From: a candidate division WOR-3 bacterium
GTDB lineage: Bacteria; Hydrothermota; Tepidihabitantia; SM23-42; JAOAFX01
DNA length: 54,968 nt
Assembly (NCBI GenBank): GCA_039802265.1
Contig: JBDRWI010000006.1
Coordinates: forward strand, 1 to 54,968
Reading direction: 5' to 3'
A program made the position numbers and the translations under genes. Shown here piece by piece: positions 30,900 through 40,988 of this stretch. The notes under the pieces were generated by a model. It did no database searches. It was not told where the DNA came from and saw only the letters and a list, made by a program, of their open reading frames with translations. Numbering within the stretch: the stretch's first letter is position 1; every line of letters begins with the position of its first letter.

Positions 30900-32789
30900 A
30901 TGCCCCTCTTTTTTCTTTTTATGCTGATTCCCCTGACCGAGTACGACAATAATTCTATAGAAAATTTTACGCCACCTTATTATGAGATTCTGTTAAGATT
31001 TAAAAGCCCGACTCGCGAAGATAGAAGAAAAGAGATTATAGAAAGTATCAAGGGGGCTGAGGTAAAGATAAAACCTTATGCCCCCTTTGTCTCAATCCGG
31101 TTGAAGAAAAAGGACGAAGCAGTCTATAATTATCTTCAATCAATACCGGAGATCGAATATCTAAAATGGGGAAAATGGTTCAAAATTGACTTCACGCCGA
31201 CATTACCCATTTCCCTTCGTTTTATTCCCAATGACCCATACTACATTTGGTACCAATGGCATCTGACAAGAATCGGGATGGAAGGTTCCTGGGATGTAGA
31301 AACGGGAGATTCCACTGTAATCATTGGCATAATAGATACCGGCGTTGCTTATGAAGACCGGCAAATTCCGGATTATGAACTGAATGGAGTTGACCCGGGT
31401 TGTTCAACCTATGTGAAGGCGACCGATTTGGTAAACACGCGCTTCATCCCCGGGTGGGATTTTGTCCATGAGGACTCCTTTGCCAATGATGACCACGGCC
31501 ATGGCACCCATATATGTGGCACAATTGCCCAGACAACAAATAATAACTTTGGCTGTGCCGGAATTGCCTTTGACTGCACGATAATGCCGATAAAGGCATT
31601 CAACTTCTTGGGCTTTGGAAGCGAAGGTGATTGTGCTTTTGCCATCTATTATGCTACAACTCATGGGGCAAAGATTATTAATATGAGTTTTGCCCAACCT
31701 GAAGAACCGAGTCAGATATTTCATGATGCTATACTTTATGCCGCACAGAATAATGTGCTTATGGTTGCCGGCTCGGGCAATTCAGGTGCCTCCTATGTCT
31801 ATTATCCCGCGGCATATCCGGAGGTGATTGCGGTTGGTGCCAGCACCTCCTCAACACCTGATTCACTGGCATATTACTCCAATTATGGGGCAAATCTGGA
31901 ACTTGTAGCACCCGGCGGTGATTTGGTAAATAGAATACCGGACCCGGGTAATATCTGGGATGGCATTGCCCAGCAGACCATTCTTTTTGGACAGTTTACC
32001 CAATCGGGCAAGGCAAAACCCGATAGTTTAATCTTTGCGGTAATGCTCGGTACCTCCTGTGCTACCCCCCATACAACTGGTGTCTGTGGATTGATGCTCT
32101 CTTATGGTATTCGTCCCAACCGTGTCCGCGAAATTCTTGATTCAACCTGCCTTGACCTTGGTCCGGCGGGTTGGGATTCTACTTATGGCTTTGGCCGTCT
32201 TGATGCCTATGCTTCGCTTGGTGGATTGGATAGCATACCTCCATTACTTACCAACACCACCATCATCAATGATACTACATTTATTGGACCATATTACATC
32301 TATTCAAATATCAAAGACCTCTTTGGAATATCCAGTGCCTATCTCTTCTACAAAATCGGTAATAACCCTTATGACTCTACTCCGGGTGAAGATTTGGGTG
32401 GAGACTGGTATCGCTTTGTTATTCCCCAGGTGGCACCCCCCACTATTGTCCGCTATTACATAAAGGCAATTGATGCCTCAGTCAATCATAATTTTTCATT
32501 TGATCCCTCCACTGCACCGGCAATTCCCTATGCCTTTGTTGTCTCTCTTGATATTTATGAAGAGATAAAAGAGAGAACGCGTATTTTGCAGCTTCCAAGT
32601 GTTGTAAAGGCAAATTTTAGGATACCCATCAATCCCGCATTTAAGATTGAGGTCTTTGATGTGGCAGGGAGAAGATATTCTCTGCCCAATCAGACAGGAG
32701 ATTTGCTCCTGACTGCGCCGGGTTTATACTTTATTCTTTTTAAAAAGGAAAAAGGTTTAGCGATAAAAAAGATTGTTTGTATAAAATAG
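30900..32789 (+). CDS. S8 subtilisin-like serine peptidase with Ig-like module and short CTD
   Basis: Catalytic triad IIDTG, HGHGTHICG, GTSCATPH; oxyanion SGN. Confidence 0.92.
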   Translation: MPLFFLFMLIPLTEYDNNSIENFTPPYYEILLRFKSPTREDRRKEIIESIKGAEVKIKPYAPFVSIRLKKKDEAVYNYLQSIPEIEYLKWGKWFKIDFTPTLPISLRFIPNDPYYIWYQWHLTRIGMEGSWDVETGDSTVIIGIIDTGVAYEDRQIPDYELNGVDPGCSTYVKATDLVNTRFIPGWDFVHEDSFANDDHGHGTHICGTIAQTTNNNFGCAGIAFDCTIMPIKAFNFLGFGSEGDCAFAIYYATTHGAKIINMSFAQPEEPSQIFHDAILYAAQNNVLMVAGSGNSGASYVYYPAAYPEVIAVGASTSSTPDSLAYYSNYGANLELVAPGGDLVNRIPDPGNIWDGIAQQTILFGQFTQSGKAKPDSLIFAVMLGTSCATPHTTGVCGLMLSYGIRPNRVREILDSTCLDLGPAGWDSTYGFGRLDAYASLGGLDSIPPLLTNTTIINDTTFIGPYYIYSNIKDLFGISSAYLFYKIGNNPYDSTPGEDLGGDWYRFVIPQVAPPTIVRYYIKAIDASVNHNFSFDPSTAPAIPYAFVVSLDIYEEIKERTRILQLPSVVKANFRIPINPAFKIEVFDVAGRRYSLPNQTGDLLLTAPGLYFILFKKEKGLAIKKIVCIK

Positions 32790-32923
32790 GTCTTTATGAG
32801 TCAATTGGTGGACTGTCCTGTAATAAATCTCTTCACATTCGGTGTAATTCGTAAAAGGAGTGAAGAGTAATTATTTTGTAATGCTTTTCCTAAATATAAA
32901 GAGTTAGAAAAAAGACTATTAAA

Positions 32924-34480
32924 ATGACAAATCTTAAGAGTTTTATTGAAGATATTGAATCCCACTCCCTAAAAAGGGCATTTCTTACCCTTTTTGCATG
33001 GATTATTTTGCGGATATTTTTTGAATCGGTATTTGAAAGTTCCCACTATCTTGGTTATATTCCATTCTCCTACAAGGCATTGGTCATCTATTTCCTGCAC
33101 TATCCCTCTTTTTATCTCAGTCTATTTTTGGCTATTGTGATAGTTACTTCCCTTATTACCGGAGCGGAAATTAAAAAGACCACCAGTGTCTTTGCGTTCG
33201 GTTTTGGCATTGTGGTATTTGTCCCATTCATTGACTGGGTTATCGGCGGTGGATTTCGGATTACCTACCCCCTGCGGATGGGACCTTATCTTTTTAGTAG
33301 TCTCAACCCATTTGTATCAATAATGGAATACGGCGGTTCACCGGGCCAGCGGATTGTCTTCTTTCTTGTCTGCCTTCTTGTTGCCCTTTACGGCTATTTA
33401 AAAACAAAAAAGATAATTTTGGGGGTGACTCTCTTTATTATACTCTATCTTTTGATTATCCTTCTGGGTGGAATGCCAACCTTGCTTGCCGGTGATAGAC
33501 CTGAAGATGTCTATATCACCGGCGGCATACTATACTCTGATACCCAGAAATATACATCAATATTTATCTTACTTTTAATCTCCTTCGTAGTTCTTTATTT
33601 TTATCTTATTGATAAAAGAAGTTTTAGATTACTTATCCTATCAATTCGTCTTGAACGTTCCACCTTTTATGGAGCAGTGGGTCTGGCAGGCTTTTTTTTA
33701 GCGTTGCAACAGTCCTCATACGCCCCAAGGGTCTCTTTCATATTTGACTGGATGGGTTTGGTAATTCTTTATCTGGCAATTTTTTTCGGGTTTACCGGGA
33801 CATCTGTAGTAAATGACTTCTTTGATAAAAATGGCGACTCAATTACCCGTTTGCGCAATCCCTTAACAAGGGACATTGAGCCTCAATACTATCTTTTCTG
33901 GGGGATTGTTTTAAAAATCTTTACCCTAACGCTATCTCTTCTTTTGGGTTATGTTCCGTTTTTGATTATGATAACCCTATTAATTCTTGGTCTATTATAT
34001 TCAATGCCACCGGTCAGACTGAAGCGTATCCCGCTGGTTTCAAGTTTTACGCTTGCAGTCAGTGTGGTTTTAGTACTGGCAATGGGTTATTCAATTATTG
34101 CGGGGGGAGAGGTGTTTAATCGGATTCCAGGTTCAATCTTGAAGGCAACCCTTTTGGCTGGAACATTTGGTTTCACTGCCAAGGATATCAATGATATTGA
34201 GGGAGACAGAAGGATGGGCATTCGGACATTGCCGGTAATATTTTCCACCAGCGACGGGAGATTACTCCGTCTGCCAATGGGGATAATAATCAGCTCCTCC
34301 TTTCTATTCTTTCCGGTTTTTATTAAAGGAGTGCTCCCAGGTTCAGCGGTTTTTGCAGTGAGTACGTTATTATATACAATCCTCGTAAAGAGGCTGAATG
34401 AATGGTTCTATTTCTTACTTTTATATCTATATGGTGGATATTTGTTTATTATCCTGAGTAGTTTACCCCAATTAATCTGA
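32924..34480 (+). CDS. UbiA-family prenyltransferase fused to an N-terminal membrane domain
   Basis: NDFFDKNGD; LYSMPPVRLKR; KDINDIEGDRRMGIRTLPV; about 240 aa of extra TM region at the N-terminus. Confidence 0.8.
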   Translation: MTNLKSFIEDIESHSLKRAFLTLFAWIILRIFFESVFESSHYLGYIPFSYKALVIYFLHYPSFYLSLFLAIVIVTSLITGAEIKKTTSVFAFGFGIVVFVPFIDWVIGGGFRITYPLRMGPYLFSSLNPFVSIMEYGGSPGQRIVFFLVCLLVALYGYLKTKKIILGVTLFIILYLLIILLGGMPTLLAGDRPEDVYITGGILYSDTQKYTSIFILLLISFVVLYFYLIDKRSFRLLILSIRLERSTFYGAVGLAGFFLALQQSSYAPRVSFIFDWMGLVILYLAIFFGFTGTSVVNDFFDKNGDSITRLRNPLTRDIEPQYYLFWGIVLKIFTLTLSLLLGYVPFLIMITLLILGLLYSMPPVRLKRIPLVSSFTLAVSVVLVLAMGYSIIAGGEVFNRIPGSILKATLLAGTFGFTAKDINDIEGDRRMGIRTLPVIFSTSDGRLLRLPMGIIISSSFLFFPVFIKGVLPGSAVFAVSTLLYTILVKRLNEWFYFLLLYLYGGYLFIILSSLPQLI

Positions 34481-34484
34481 AATT

Positions 34485-35996
34485 TTAATCTATTAAGACA
34501 ATCTTTCTCTGGACTATATCTTTCCCAGCCCGGCTGAAATTCAAGAAGTATAACCCTGAATTTAAGTCTCTTTTATCAATTTCAAGATTATGCCGTCCCG
34601 CTGGATATTCACATGCTTCTTTCCAGACAAGTCTTCCACTCACATCGTATAATCTTAATTCAATATCTGCCTTCTCTTTTAAGGTGAATTCAAGATTTAT
34701 TCTGCCCACAGCTGGATTTTGGGCAATTATAAAATCAGAATTATTGAATTGGGTTTGAACTTCTTTAATTCCCACAATCGCTGCCCGATAACAGAGGTAT
34801 ATATTCATTGGCCTTGTCTCATTGCACTGGGCAATGATAACATTTGTATCATTTGCCCCTTGCCAGAATGATGAGCCAACCTCGGAGGAGAAGGCAAAGA
34901 ATTTCGGTTTTTCAATTGTATCACCATACATCCAGTCAAAGGTCCCGCCATTGGCGACATAGCCAACGGTCTGATAAGGATTCCCATATGCATAATTGTT
35001 GGGCACACCGATGATTGTCGTCATCGTCTCGGCCATTGCAATGTAAATTGAACGGTCGGGTTCCGGGGGCAGGGCATTTATATATCCCCAGGGATAAATC
35101 AGATAATCGCCGTAGGAATGGTAGTCAAGGTTATACATAAAACTATCGGCGTTGCAGAGTGCCCTTATTGCCTGGGTCTCAGGTTCGGAGAATGCAGATG
35201 GTCCACGGTAGTCTTCATCCGGTGGATTGGGGCTTGAGCCGATGTTGTCATACCCCCACATATATCCATAGTTACGATTCAGGTCAACACCATCATAGTC
35301 GGTGTCCATCTGGCCGTTGTTGTTGTTATCCCGGCAGTTCTTTCTCCAGCCATTTCCCCAGGGGTCATTATAAGTCTCATTAAAGACATAGCCATCCGGA
35401 TTTACAACCGGTACAACCCACACCTCATCATTATTTACAATGGTCGTGGCAGTATCATTAGTCCCATAATTCTGTGTTAGGTATTTTATGAAGTCCATAC
35501 AGATTGAGCAACCGATCGGTTCGCGAGCATGATGAACCGCCGAGATCAGGACCCTCGGTTCAGGTTCCTTCTGACTGGGATTGTCAGAGATCTTCATCGC
35601 CCAGATGTTCCTCCCCTGCCAGGATTGACCAATGCTTACCAGATGGGTTATGTTGGGATAAGAACCGGCAATCTGATTTAACTCCTGAACCATTTCATTA
35701 TAAGTGTAGTATTTACCAAAGGTCATACGCAGATGCCCATAGTTTGTTTCCAAGTAGTTTACTATATCGGGATGCAGAATTTCAATCTGATATCCTGCAT
35801 CAGACAGTTCTGTCACTATTTCTTCATCAAGAAAATACTCAAAATAACCTGCCCGAGCATTTCCGGTGAGGATGTCATAATTTTTTCTTAAAAGTTCCTG
35901 CCTTGCTGATTCACTGTAGTAATACACCCTCACCCACATCGTGGTTGAGAATAGGACAATGGGTAGACAAACAACAAAAATAGATATCCTCTTCAT
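34485..35996 (-). CDS. Secreted M14 zinc carboxypeptidase (carboxypeptidase T-like) with CTD
   Basis: HAREP; WRKN; DLNRNY; FSEPET; HSY; CTD 'LYDVSGRLV...SGLYFL'; promoter TTGACA-N16-TATAAT at 36047-36020. Confidence 0.92.
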   Translation of the reverse strand: MKRISIFVVCLPIVLFSTTMWVRVYYYSESARQELLRKNYDILTGNARAGYFEYFLDEEIVTELSDAGYQIEILHPDIVNYLETNYGHLRMTFGKYYTYNEMVQELNQIAGSYPNITHLVSIGQSWQGRNIWAMKISDNPSQKEPEPRVLISAVHHAREPIGCSICMDFIKYLTQNYGTNDTATTIVNNDEVWVVPVVNPDGYVFNETYNDPWGNGWRKNCRDNNNNGQMDTDYDGVDLNRNYGYMWGYDNIGSSPNPPDEDYRGPSAFSEPETQAIRALCNADSFMYNLDYHSYGDYLIYPWGYINALPPEPDRSIYIAMAETMTTIIGVPNNYAYGNPYQTVGYVANGGTFDWMYGDTIEKPKFFAFSSEVGSSFWQGANDTNVIIAQCNETRPMNIYLCYRAAIVGIKEVQTQFNNSDFIIAQNPAVGRINLEFTLKEKADIELRLYDVSGRLVWKEACEYPAGRHNLEIDKRDLNSGLYFLNFSRAGKDIVQRKIVLID

Positions 35997-36050
35997 AGAT
36001 ACCTCCGTGCTTATGATAAATTATATTTAATAGATAGCACCTGTCAATAC

Positions 36051-37130
36051 CTAAAATTTATTAATCACCAGTGAATCAAATACCATGCCGTCGGGTTTTA
36101 TTGCCTTTAACTCTAATCTATTTCTCTTAATCTCTACCAGACAGAAGTGGTGGGTCTTTTCTGAATAAGCAGTCCATTCGCTTTTCCTCACATCGTAGAG
36201 TGGTGCACCGCCGCCTCCACAAATAATATAGATAACTCCGTCAATCGGTCTGGTTCTTTCATAGGAATGGTCATGACCACAAAACACGATATCTACACCA
36301 TATCGGGAAAAGATTGAACACCAGGCATTACGCACATCCATCTGGCTACCGTGGCTGCCCGAAGAATATGGCGGCCGGTGGAGAGTAACAAAAATCCAGT
36401 CTATTAATGGATTTTGCCTTGTCTCAATCAAATCATTTATCAACCAGTTTCTCTGGGGACCTGTCAATTGCATTTCAGTATTGAGACATATAATATGACA
36501 ATTCCCATAATTCACCGAATAGTAATACTCTGCGCCGGGTAATGCAAGGAGTGTATCATATTGCCAGTACGGTCTTTCATGGTTGCCAATTGTAGGGATG
36601 AATAATACTTTACTTATTATGGGACACTCTATATTAAAGAATTTCCTCCAGGCATCGGTATCATCCCCATATACTACCAAATCTCCAGCGTGAATGAGAA
36701 AATCAAAATCATACTGAACAATTCTATCAATCACTGCCTGATGTTTTATTGAATCACTTCGGGTGTCGCCCAATACGATAAAAGAGACTGAATCGGTAAA
36801 TTCGGGTGCGGTCCTAAATCGATAGACTTCTTTATACGGAACGATTTTATAATAATAATCGGTGCCGGGCAGGAGATTGGTGAGCATAATATGATGGTGA
36901 GAGGCAAGGCCACTTATGCGCACGGTTTCTTCAAGTGCGGGTATGATATCATAGGCAATGACTGTTGATTCTAATCTTGCCGTGTTCCAGTTGATATTGA
37001 CAGAACTTGATGGTAAGAAAGTTGGGGTCAGATAGGGTGGGCTGTCAAAACCGCCAAATTTCTTTATACTTGGCATCTGGGCTGAGATCGTGCAAATCCA
37101 GAGTAGTAGCAATGCGGTCAGGAATTTCAT
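36051..37130 (-). CDS. Secreted purple acid phosphatase-family metallophosphoesterase
   Basis: N-terminal FN3-like domain; GDTR; GDLV; GNHE; H..PY; GHDHSYER. Confidence 0.88.
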   Translation of the reverse strand: MKFLTALLLLWICTISAQMPSIKKFGGFDSPPYLTPTFLPSSSVNINWNTARLESTVIAYDIIPALEETVRISGLASHHHIMLTNLLPGTDYYYKIVPYKEVYRFRTAPEFTDSVSFIVLGDTRSDSIKHQAVIDRIVQYDFDFLIHAGDLVVYGDDTDAWRKFFNIECPIISKVLFIPTIGNHERPYWQYDTLLALPGAEYYYSVNYGNCHIICLNTEMQLTGPQRNWLINDLIETRQNPLIDWIFVTLHRPPYSSGSHGSQMDVRNAWCSIFSRYGVDIVFCGHDHSYERTRPIDGVIYIICGGGGAPLYDVRKSEWTAYSEKTHHFCLVEIKRNRLELKAIKPDGMVFDSLVINKF

Positions 37131-37136
37131 AACACT

Positions 37137-37234
37137 ATTATATCTGAACCTATTAACAAATCAAGTAGTAAGCAAAATTATTGCGAATAATTCAGGTTAA
37201 AAGGTATTGACTCTAAAGGCATCCTGTTTATAAT
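37137..37234. promoter_or_regulatory. Divergent promoters: TTGATT-N16-TATAAT (-, 37164-37137, 6 nt before the ATG) and TTGACT-N16-TATAAT (+, 37207-37234)
   Basis: Hexamers read directly on each strand. Confidence 0.75.
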
Positions 37235-37252
37235 AATAAAGTAAGAACTTCA

Positions 37253-38248
37253 ATGAAACAGAAATTCTTTGGATTTCAGTGGCATATAACAAATTACTGC
37301 AATCTGCGATGTCGACATTGCTATCAGAGTGACTTTACAAGAAAAGATGACCTGCCCCTTAAAGTCATCATCGATATAATAGACAAACTTTCTGATTCTT
37401 TAAAGGATTCAAAAATCCTGGTCAATCTTACTGGCGGTGAACCATTGCTGTTTAAAGGTCTGTATAATATCCTTGATTCCTTTGAAAAAAAAGAAAATAT
37501 TGAAACCGTAAATGTCATCACCAATGGTCTATTTTTAGACCACAAGACAATTGAAAGGCTCAATTCATATAAAAAAATTAAGGAGTTAAAAGTATCTCTT
37601 GAGGCAGGGGAATCCCGATTAAATGATTCAATCCGTGGGACAGGAATATTTGAAAGGGTTTTAAAGAATATCAACTGCGCTCTCGAAAAATTCAAAAAAG
37701 AAATCATTTTGATGTTTACGCTGGGGAGTTACAACTATCGGGGGTTAAAGGAGATGTTAAAATTAGGCGCGAAACTTAAAGTTAATGGGGTAATAATAGA
37801 AAGATTTGTACCCTGGGGAAGGGGACTGGAAATAAAAAATGAATTTTTGAAACCAGAGGAATGGCGGCGGGTTATTAAAATAATCATAGAATTTACCGAC
37901 CTCGGTCTTTCACCTGAAGAACTATTGCCATATAAGGCATTCCATATCTACTTTAATAGTGAACGAGAGGTTAAGGGTGCACTCTGTAATCTTGGTGATG
38001 AATCTATGGCACTTATGCCCAATGGTGATGTATATCCCTGCCGCAGATTACCGACAAAAATCGGTAATATCTTAAAAGATGATTTTGGTGAAATCCTTTT
38101 GCGACTGCAGATATTTAAAGAAATTCTGGATCGAAATTTAAAAGGAAAGTGTAAAGAATGTAGGATGAAGATTTGTCTGGGCTGTCGCGCCCTTGCCTAT
38201 GCATTGACCGGCGATTTCTATGCCGAAGACCCACAATGTTTTTTATAA
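37253..38248 (+). CDS. Radical SAM protein with SPASM domain
   Basis: CNLRCRHC; TGGEP; ITNG; SPASM 'C..G...NGDVYPCR...C..C....C.GCRA.A...GD...EDPQC'. Confidence 0.9.
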   Translation: MKQKFFGFQWHITNYCNLRCRHCYQSDFTRKDDLPLKVIIDIIDKLSDSLKDSKILVNLTGGEPLLFKGLYNILDSFEKKENIETVNVITNGLFLDHKTIERLNSYKKIKELKVSLEAGESRLNDSIRGTGIFERVLKNINCALEKFKKEIILMFTLGSYNYRGLKEMLKLGAKLKVNGVIIERFVPWGRGLEIKNEFLKPEEWRRVIKIIIEFTDLGLSPEELLPYKAFHIYFNSEREVKGALCNLGDESMALMPNGDVYPCRRLPTKIGNILKDDFGEILLRLQIFKEILDRNLKGKCKECRMKICLGCRALAYALTGDFYAEDPQCFL

Positions 38249-38377
38249 GACTTATGGTAACGAGAAAAAGAAAAATATTTTTAATAGGGTAAGGCTTAAT
38301 AGCTTCCTGATTAAATCAAGGGTATGTAGTTGCACTACTTATGGTGCATAAAAAATGCTATGAAATGTAATAAGATT

Positions 38378-38490
38378 ATCCTCTCCCTTGACGGGAGAAG
38401 ATTAAGAGCCTGCCCCGAATTCATTTCAGGGTGAGGGTGATAAAATTGGTTACCCCTCACCCTTGCCCTCTCCCACAGGGGGAGAGGGAT
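38378..38490. repeat. REP-like bipartite palindromic element (empty form)
   Basis: Left arm CCTCTCCCTTGACGGGAGAAG...GTGAGGGTGA; right arm CCCCTCACCCTTGCCCTCTCCCACAGGGGGAGAGGG. Same family as 49900-50202. Confidence 0.8.
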
Positions 38491-38512
38491 TTGATATATC
38501 CGAGGAGGTCTG

Positions 38513-38989
38513 ATGCGCATCGGAGTCATTTACTATTCAGTTACGGGCACAACCGAAGAATTTGCCCGTAGGATTTATAATGGTTTAATTAAAGAGAAAC
38601 ACCAGGTTGAACTTATCAAGATAAAAACAGATAAACCGATTACTGTACCGAGACAGGATTTTAAGATAACGAATGAACTCGATTTTGCCGGATTTGATCT
38701 GATATTATTTGGCGGACCCGTATGGGCTTTTTCTGCCTGCCCGGTTATTATGGAGGCAATAAAAAAATCAAAAAATCTCTCGGGTAAAAAGGTCGTGCCA
38801 TTTGTAACAATGGGTTTTCCGCTAAAATTTTTGGGTGGTACTCAAGCAATAAGAAAAATTACAAGGGCAGTAGCCGAGATGGGCGGAGATGTCTTGCCTG
38901 GCATTATCATCCCCAAGTTGTTCCATGACTTTAAAGCCCTTATGGATAAATCGGTCCGAGAATTGATTTCTTCTATTGAAACTCCTTGA
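38513..38989 (+). CDS. Flavodoxin-family protein
   Basis: YYSVTGTTEEFA; FDLILFGGPVWAF; GKKV..FVT.G. Confidence 0.85.
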   Translation: MRIGVIYYSVTGTTEEFARRIYNGLIKEKHQVELIKIKTDKPITVPRQDFKITNELDFAGFDLILFGGPVWAFSACPVIMEAIKKSKNLSGKKVVPFVTMGFPLKFLGGTQAIRKITRAVAEMGGDVLPGIIIPKLFHDFKALMDKSVRELISSIETP

Positions 38990-39019
38990 CCGCGATAAGA
39001 TTTTATTTATAATAAACCG

Positions 39020-39469
39020 ATGAATAATACACCATCCGAGGAAAGGAGAAAAAAGAAGCCCTATGTGGTGATTGAATGTCCGGAGCGGATTCCCTGCAAT
39101 CCCTGTGTTGATGCCTGTCCCCAGGGCGCGATTACTATAAATGGTAGTATTATTGAATTACCCGAGGTTGATTATGAAAGATGCACCGGATGTCTGCTCT
39201 GCATACCAAAATGCCCGGGGCTGGCAATATTTGTAATTGATGAAAGACCAGAAGAATATTCCATAGTTTATATACCTTATGAATTCCTGCCCATCCCTAA
39301 AAAGGGTAATAAAGCGGTGGGACTTGATAGAGAAGGTAAAGAGCGCTGCGATGTAGAGGTTGTGAAGGTGTTAGATTCACCGAAATTTGACCACTGTGCG
39401 GTGATTGGTATCTCGGTGCCTAAAGGGATGGAGCAGGAAATAAGATTCTTCAAATTGAAATCTAAATAA
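39020..39469 (+). CDS. 4Fe-4S dicluster protein (type found in sarcosine/proline dehydrogenase-like operons)
   Basis: IECPERIPCNPCVDACP; CTGCLLCIPKCPGLAIF; PYEFLP.P; promoter TTGACC-N16-TATAAT (38986-39013) 6 nt before the ATG. Confidence 0.8.
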   Translation: MNNTPSEERRKKKPYVVIECPERIPCNPCVDACPQGAITINGSIIELPEVDYERCTGCLLCIPKCPGLAIFVIDERPEEYSIVYIPYEFLPIPKKGNKAVGLDREGKERCDVEVVKVLDSPKFDHCAVIGISVPKGMEQEIRFFKLKSK

Positions 39470-39492
39470 AAATTTTATCATCAGAACCTTTT

Positions 39493-40263
39493 ATGAAATC
39501 TATTCCCCGTGACTGGAACTGGTGGGCATATTTCTGGCGGGTAATTCATCGTCAGAAATTAAAGGGAATTGATAAATGGGATGAGATGGTCGTTAGGTTT
39601 ATAATTGAAATATTAGGATGTAAAAAGGGCGATAGACTTATGGATTTGGGTTGCGGCAGTGGTGAACATACAAGATTGCTTGCAAAATATGGAATTGAAT
39701 GTACTGGTATTGATATTGCACCTTCTCTAATAAGTTATGCCAAAATGAAGGCAAGAAATGAAAATGTAAAAGTGGAATATATCGTAAATGATATGAGAAA
39801 AATTGATTATGAAAATGAATTTGATTACTGCATAATGATTAGTGGTACATTTGGATTTTTTAATGATAAAGAAAATCAAAGACTTTTACAGAGGATTAAA
39901 AAGGCATTAAGGCCCGAAGGCAAATTATTATTTGATATCAGAAATCCTATAAGAAAACCCCAATATGGAAAATCCTGGACGGCAATAGATGATGGCTATC
40001 TGCTTATGGATATTAAATTTAATAATAAAACAAAAAGAGAGACCTGCGAATATTATTTTATTGATAAAACCGGCAAAATAAATGTAATGTCAAAAGATAT
40101 AAGTAGGAAAGGGAATCGTCTATATACCTTAAATGAAATCAAATCAATGCTTAATAAATCTGGTTTACAGTTTCTCAATGCCTATGGAGGATTTCAACTG
40201 CCACCTCAAGAATTTCCAGAATTTTCTAAATCATTCAACATCGTAATAATCGCAACCAAGTAA
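39493..40263 (+). CDS. Class I SAM-dependent methyltransferase
   Basis: MDLGCGSGEH; GIDI; DMR; FGFF; LRPEGKLLFD. Confidence 0.9.
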   Translation: MKSIPRDWNWWAYFWRVIHRQKLKGIDKWDEMVVRFIIEILGCKKGDRLMDLGCGSGEHTRLLAKYGIECTGIDIAPSLISYAKMKARNENVKVEYIVNDMRKIDYENEFDYCIMISGTFGFFNDKENQRLLQRIKKALRPEGKLLFDIRNPIRKPQYGKSWTAIDDGYLLMDIKFNNKTKRETCEYYFIDKTGKINVMSKDISRKGNRLYTLNEIKSMLNKSGLQFLNAYGGFQLPPQEFPEFSKSFNIVIIATK

Positions 40264-40482
40264 AATGCGCAAAATTCTTTCCAGATTTCTCTCCTGTATT
40301 TATAATATATTCCAAATCGGTAATAAAATCCTTTTCTTCAGATAACCTGATACTACATATTAGTTGCAATCTTACTTCCTTTCAAATATTTCAACATGTT
40401 AGAACGGCAAAAAGCGCTTGATTTTATTACAGGTATTTATATAATATACCAGAAAATATTACATTCAAATAAAGGAGCAGGT

Positions 40483-40824
40483 ATGGGGAATAAATTCATT
40501 AGGAAAAGGCCAATGTTAGAGGTTCTATATAGGGAGTCACGGGTAGCCAAGGCATTGGGTGAACCACCCAAAATGGCAATCGTGAATTTGTTGCTGAGAA
40601 GGGGTCCTTTGACTCTCTCTGAAATTGCCAATTCAATTCACCGTTCAAAGACGACGACCTGTTATCATTTATCAAAACTAAAAGGGTTGGAAATCGTTAG
40701 ATATGAGACAAAAGAAAATGGTGTTCATTACTGGATAAAATATGAAAGGGAAATAAGGGAAATCTTAAATACCCTTTCTAAATTCGTAAACCGTTCGCTA
40801 AAAGGTATTTACTGGGAGACATGA
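40483..40824 (+). CDS. ArsR-family winged-helix regulator
   Basis: KALGEP...IV.LL...TLSEIA...SKTT.CYHL.KLK...IV; promoter TTGATT-N16-TATAAT (40418-40445) and SD AAGGAG support a start at 40483. Confidence 0.82.
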   Translation: MGNKFIRKRPMLEVLYRESRVAKALGEPPKMAIVNLLLRRGPLTLSEIANSIHRSKTTTCYHLSKLKGLEIVRYETKENGVHYWIKYEREIREILNTLSKFVNRSLKGIYWET

Positions 40825-40835
40825 TACATTCTAAT

Positions 40836-40861
40836 ATTCTAACATGTTAACATGTTAGAAT
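40836..40861. promoter_or_regulatory. Perfect 26-bp palindrome ATTCTAACATGTTAACATGTTAGAAT (possible operator)
   Basis: Self-complementary; the half-site AACATGTTAGAA also occurs at 40393-40404. Confidence 0.55.
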
Positions 40862-40988
40862 GGTTGAATGGAGAAGTGTTGCAATGGGAAAGACGGCTTA
40901 GGATAACGAGAAAATTGAATTTGTAAGAGGGCAGTATAAGTAAAAAATAATTTGAGGGAAGGTAATTAAAAATTCAAGGAGGCATTGA

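Noticed and set aside
37253..38510. Radical SAM/SPASM gene as a RiPP maturase cluster
   Set aside because: No credible precursor peptide, RRE/PqqD domain or transporter adjacent.
38335..38529. 64-aa minus-strand ORF
   Set aside because: Translation of the REP-like palindrome (PLPLWERARVRG).
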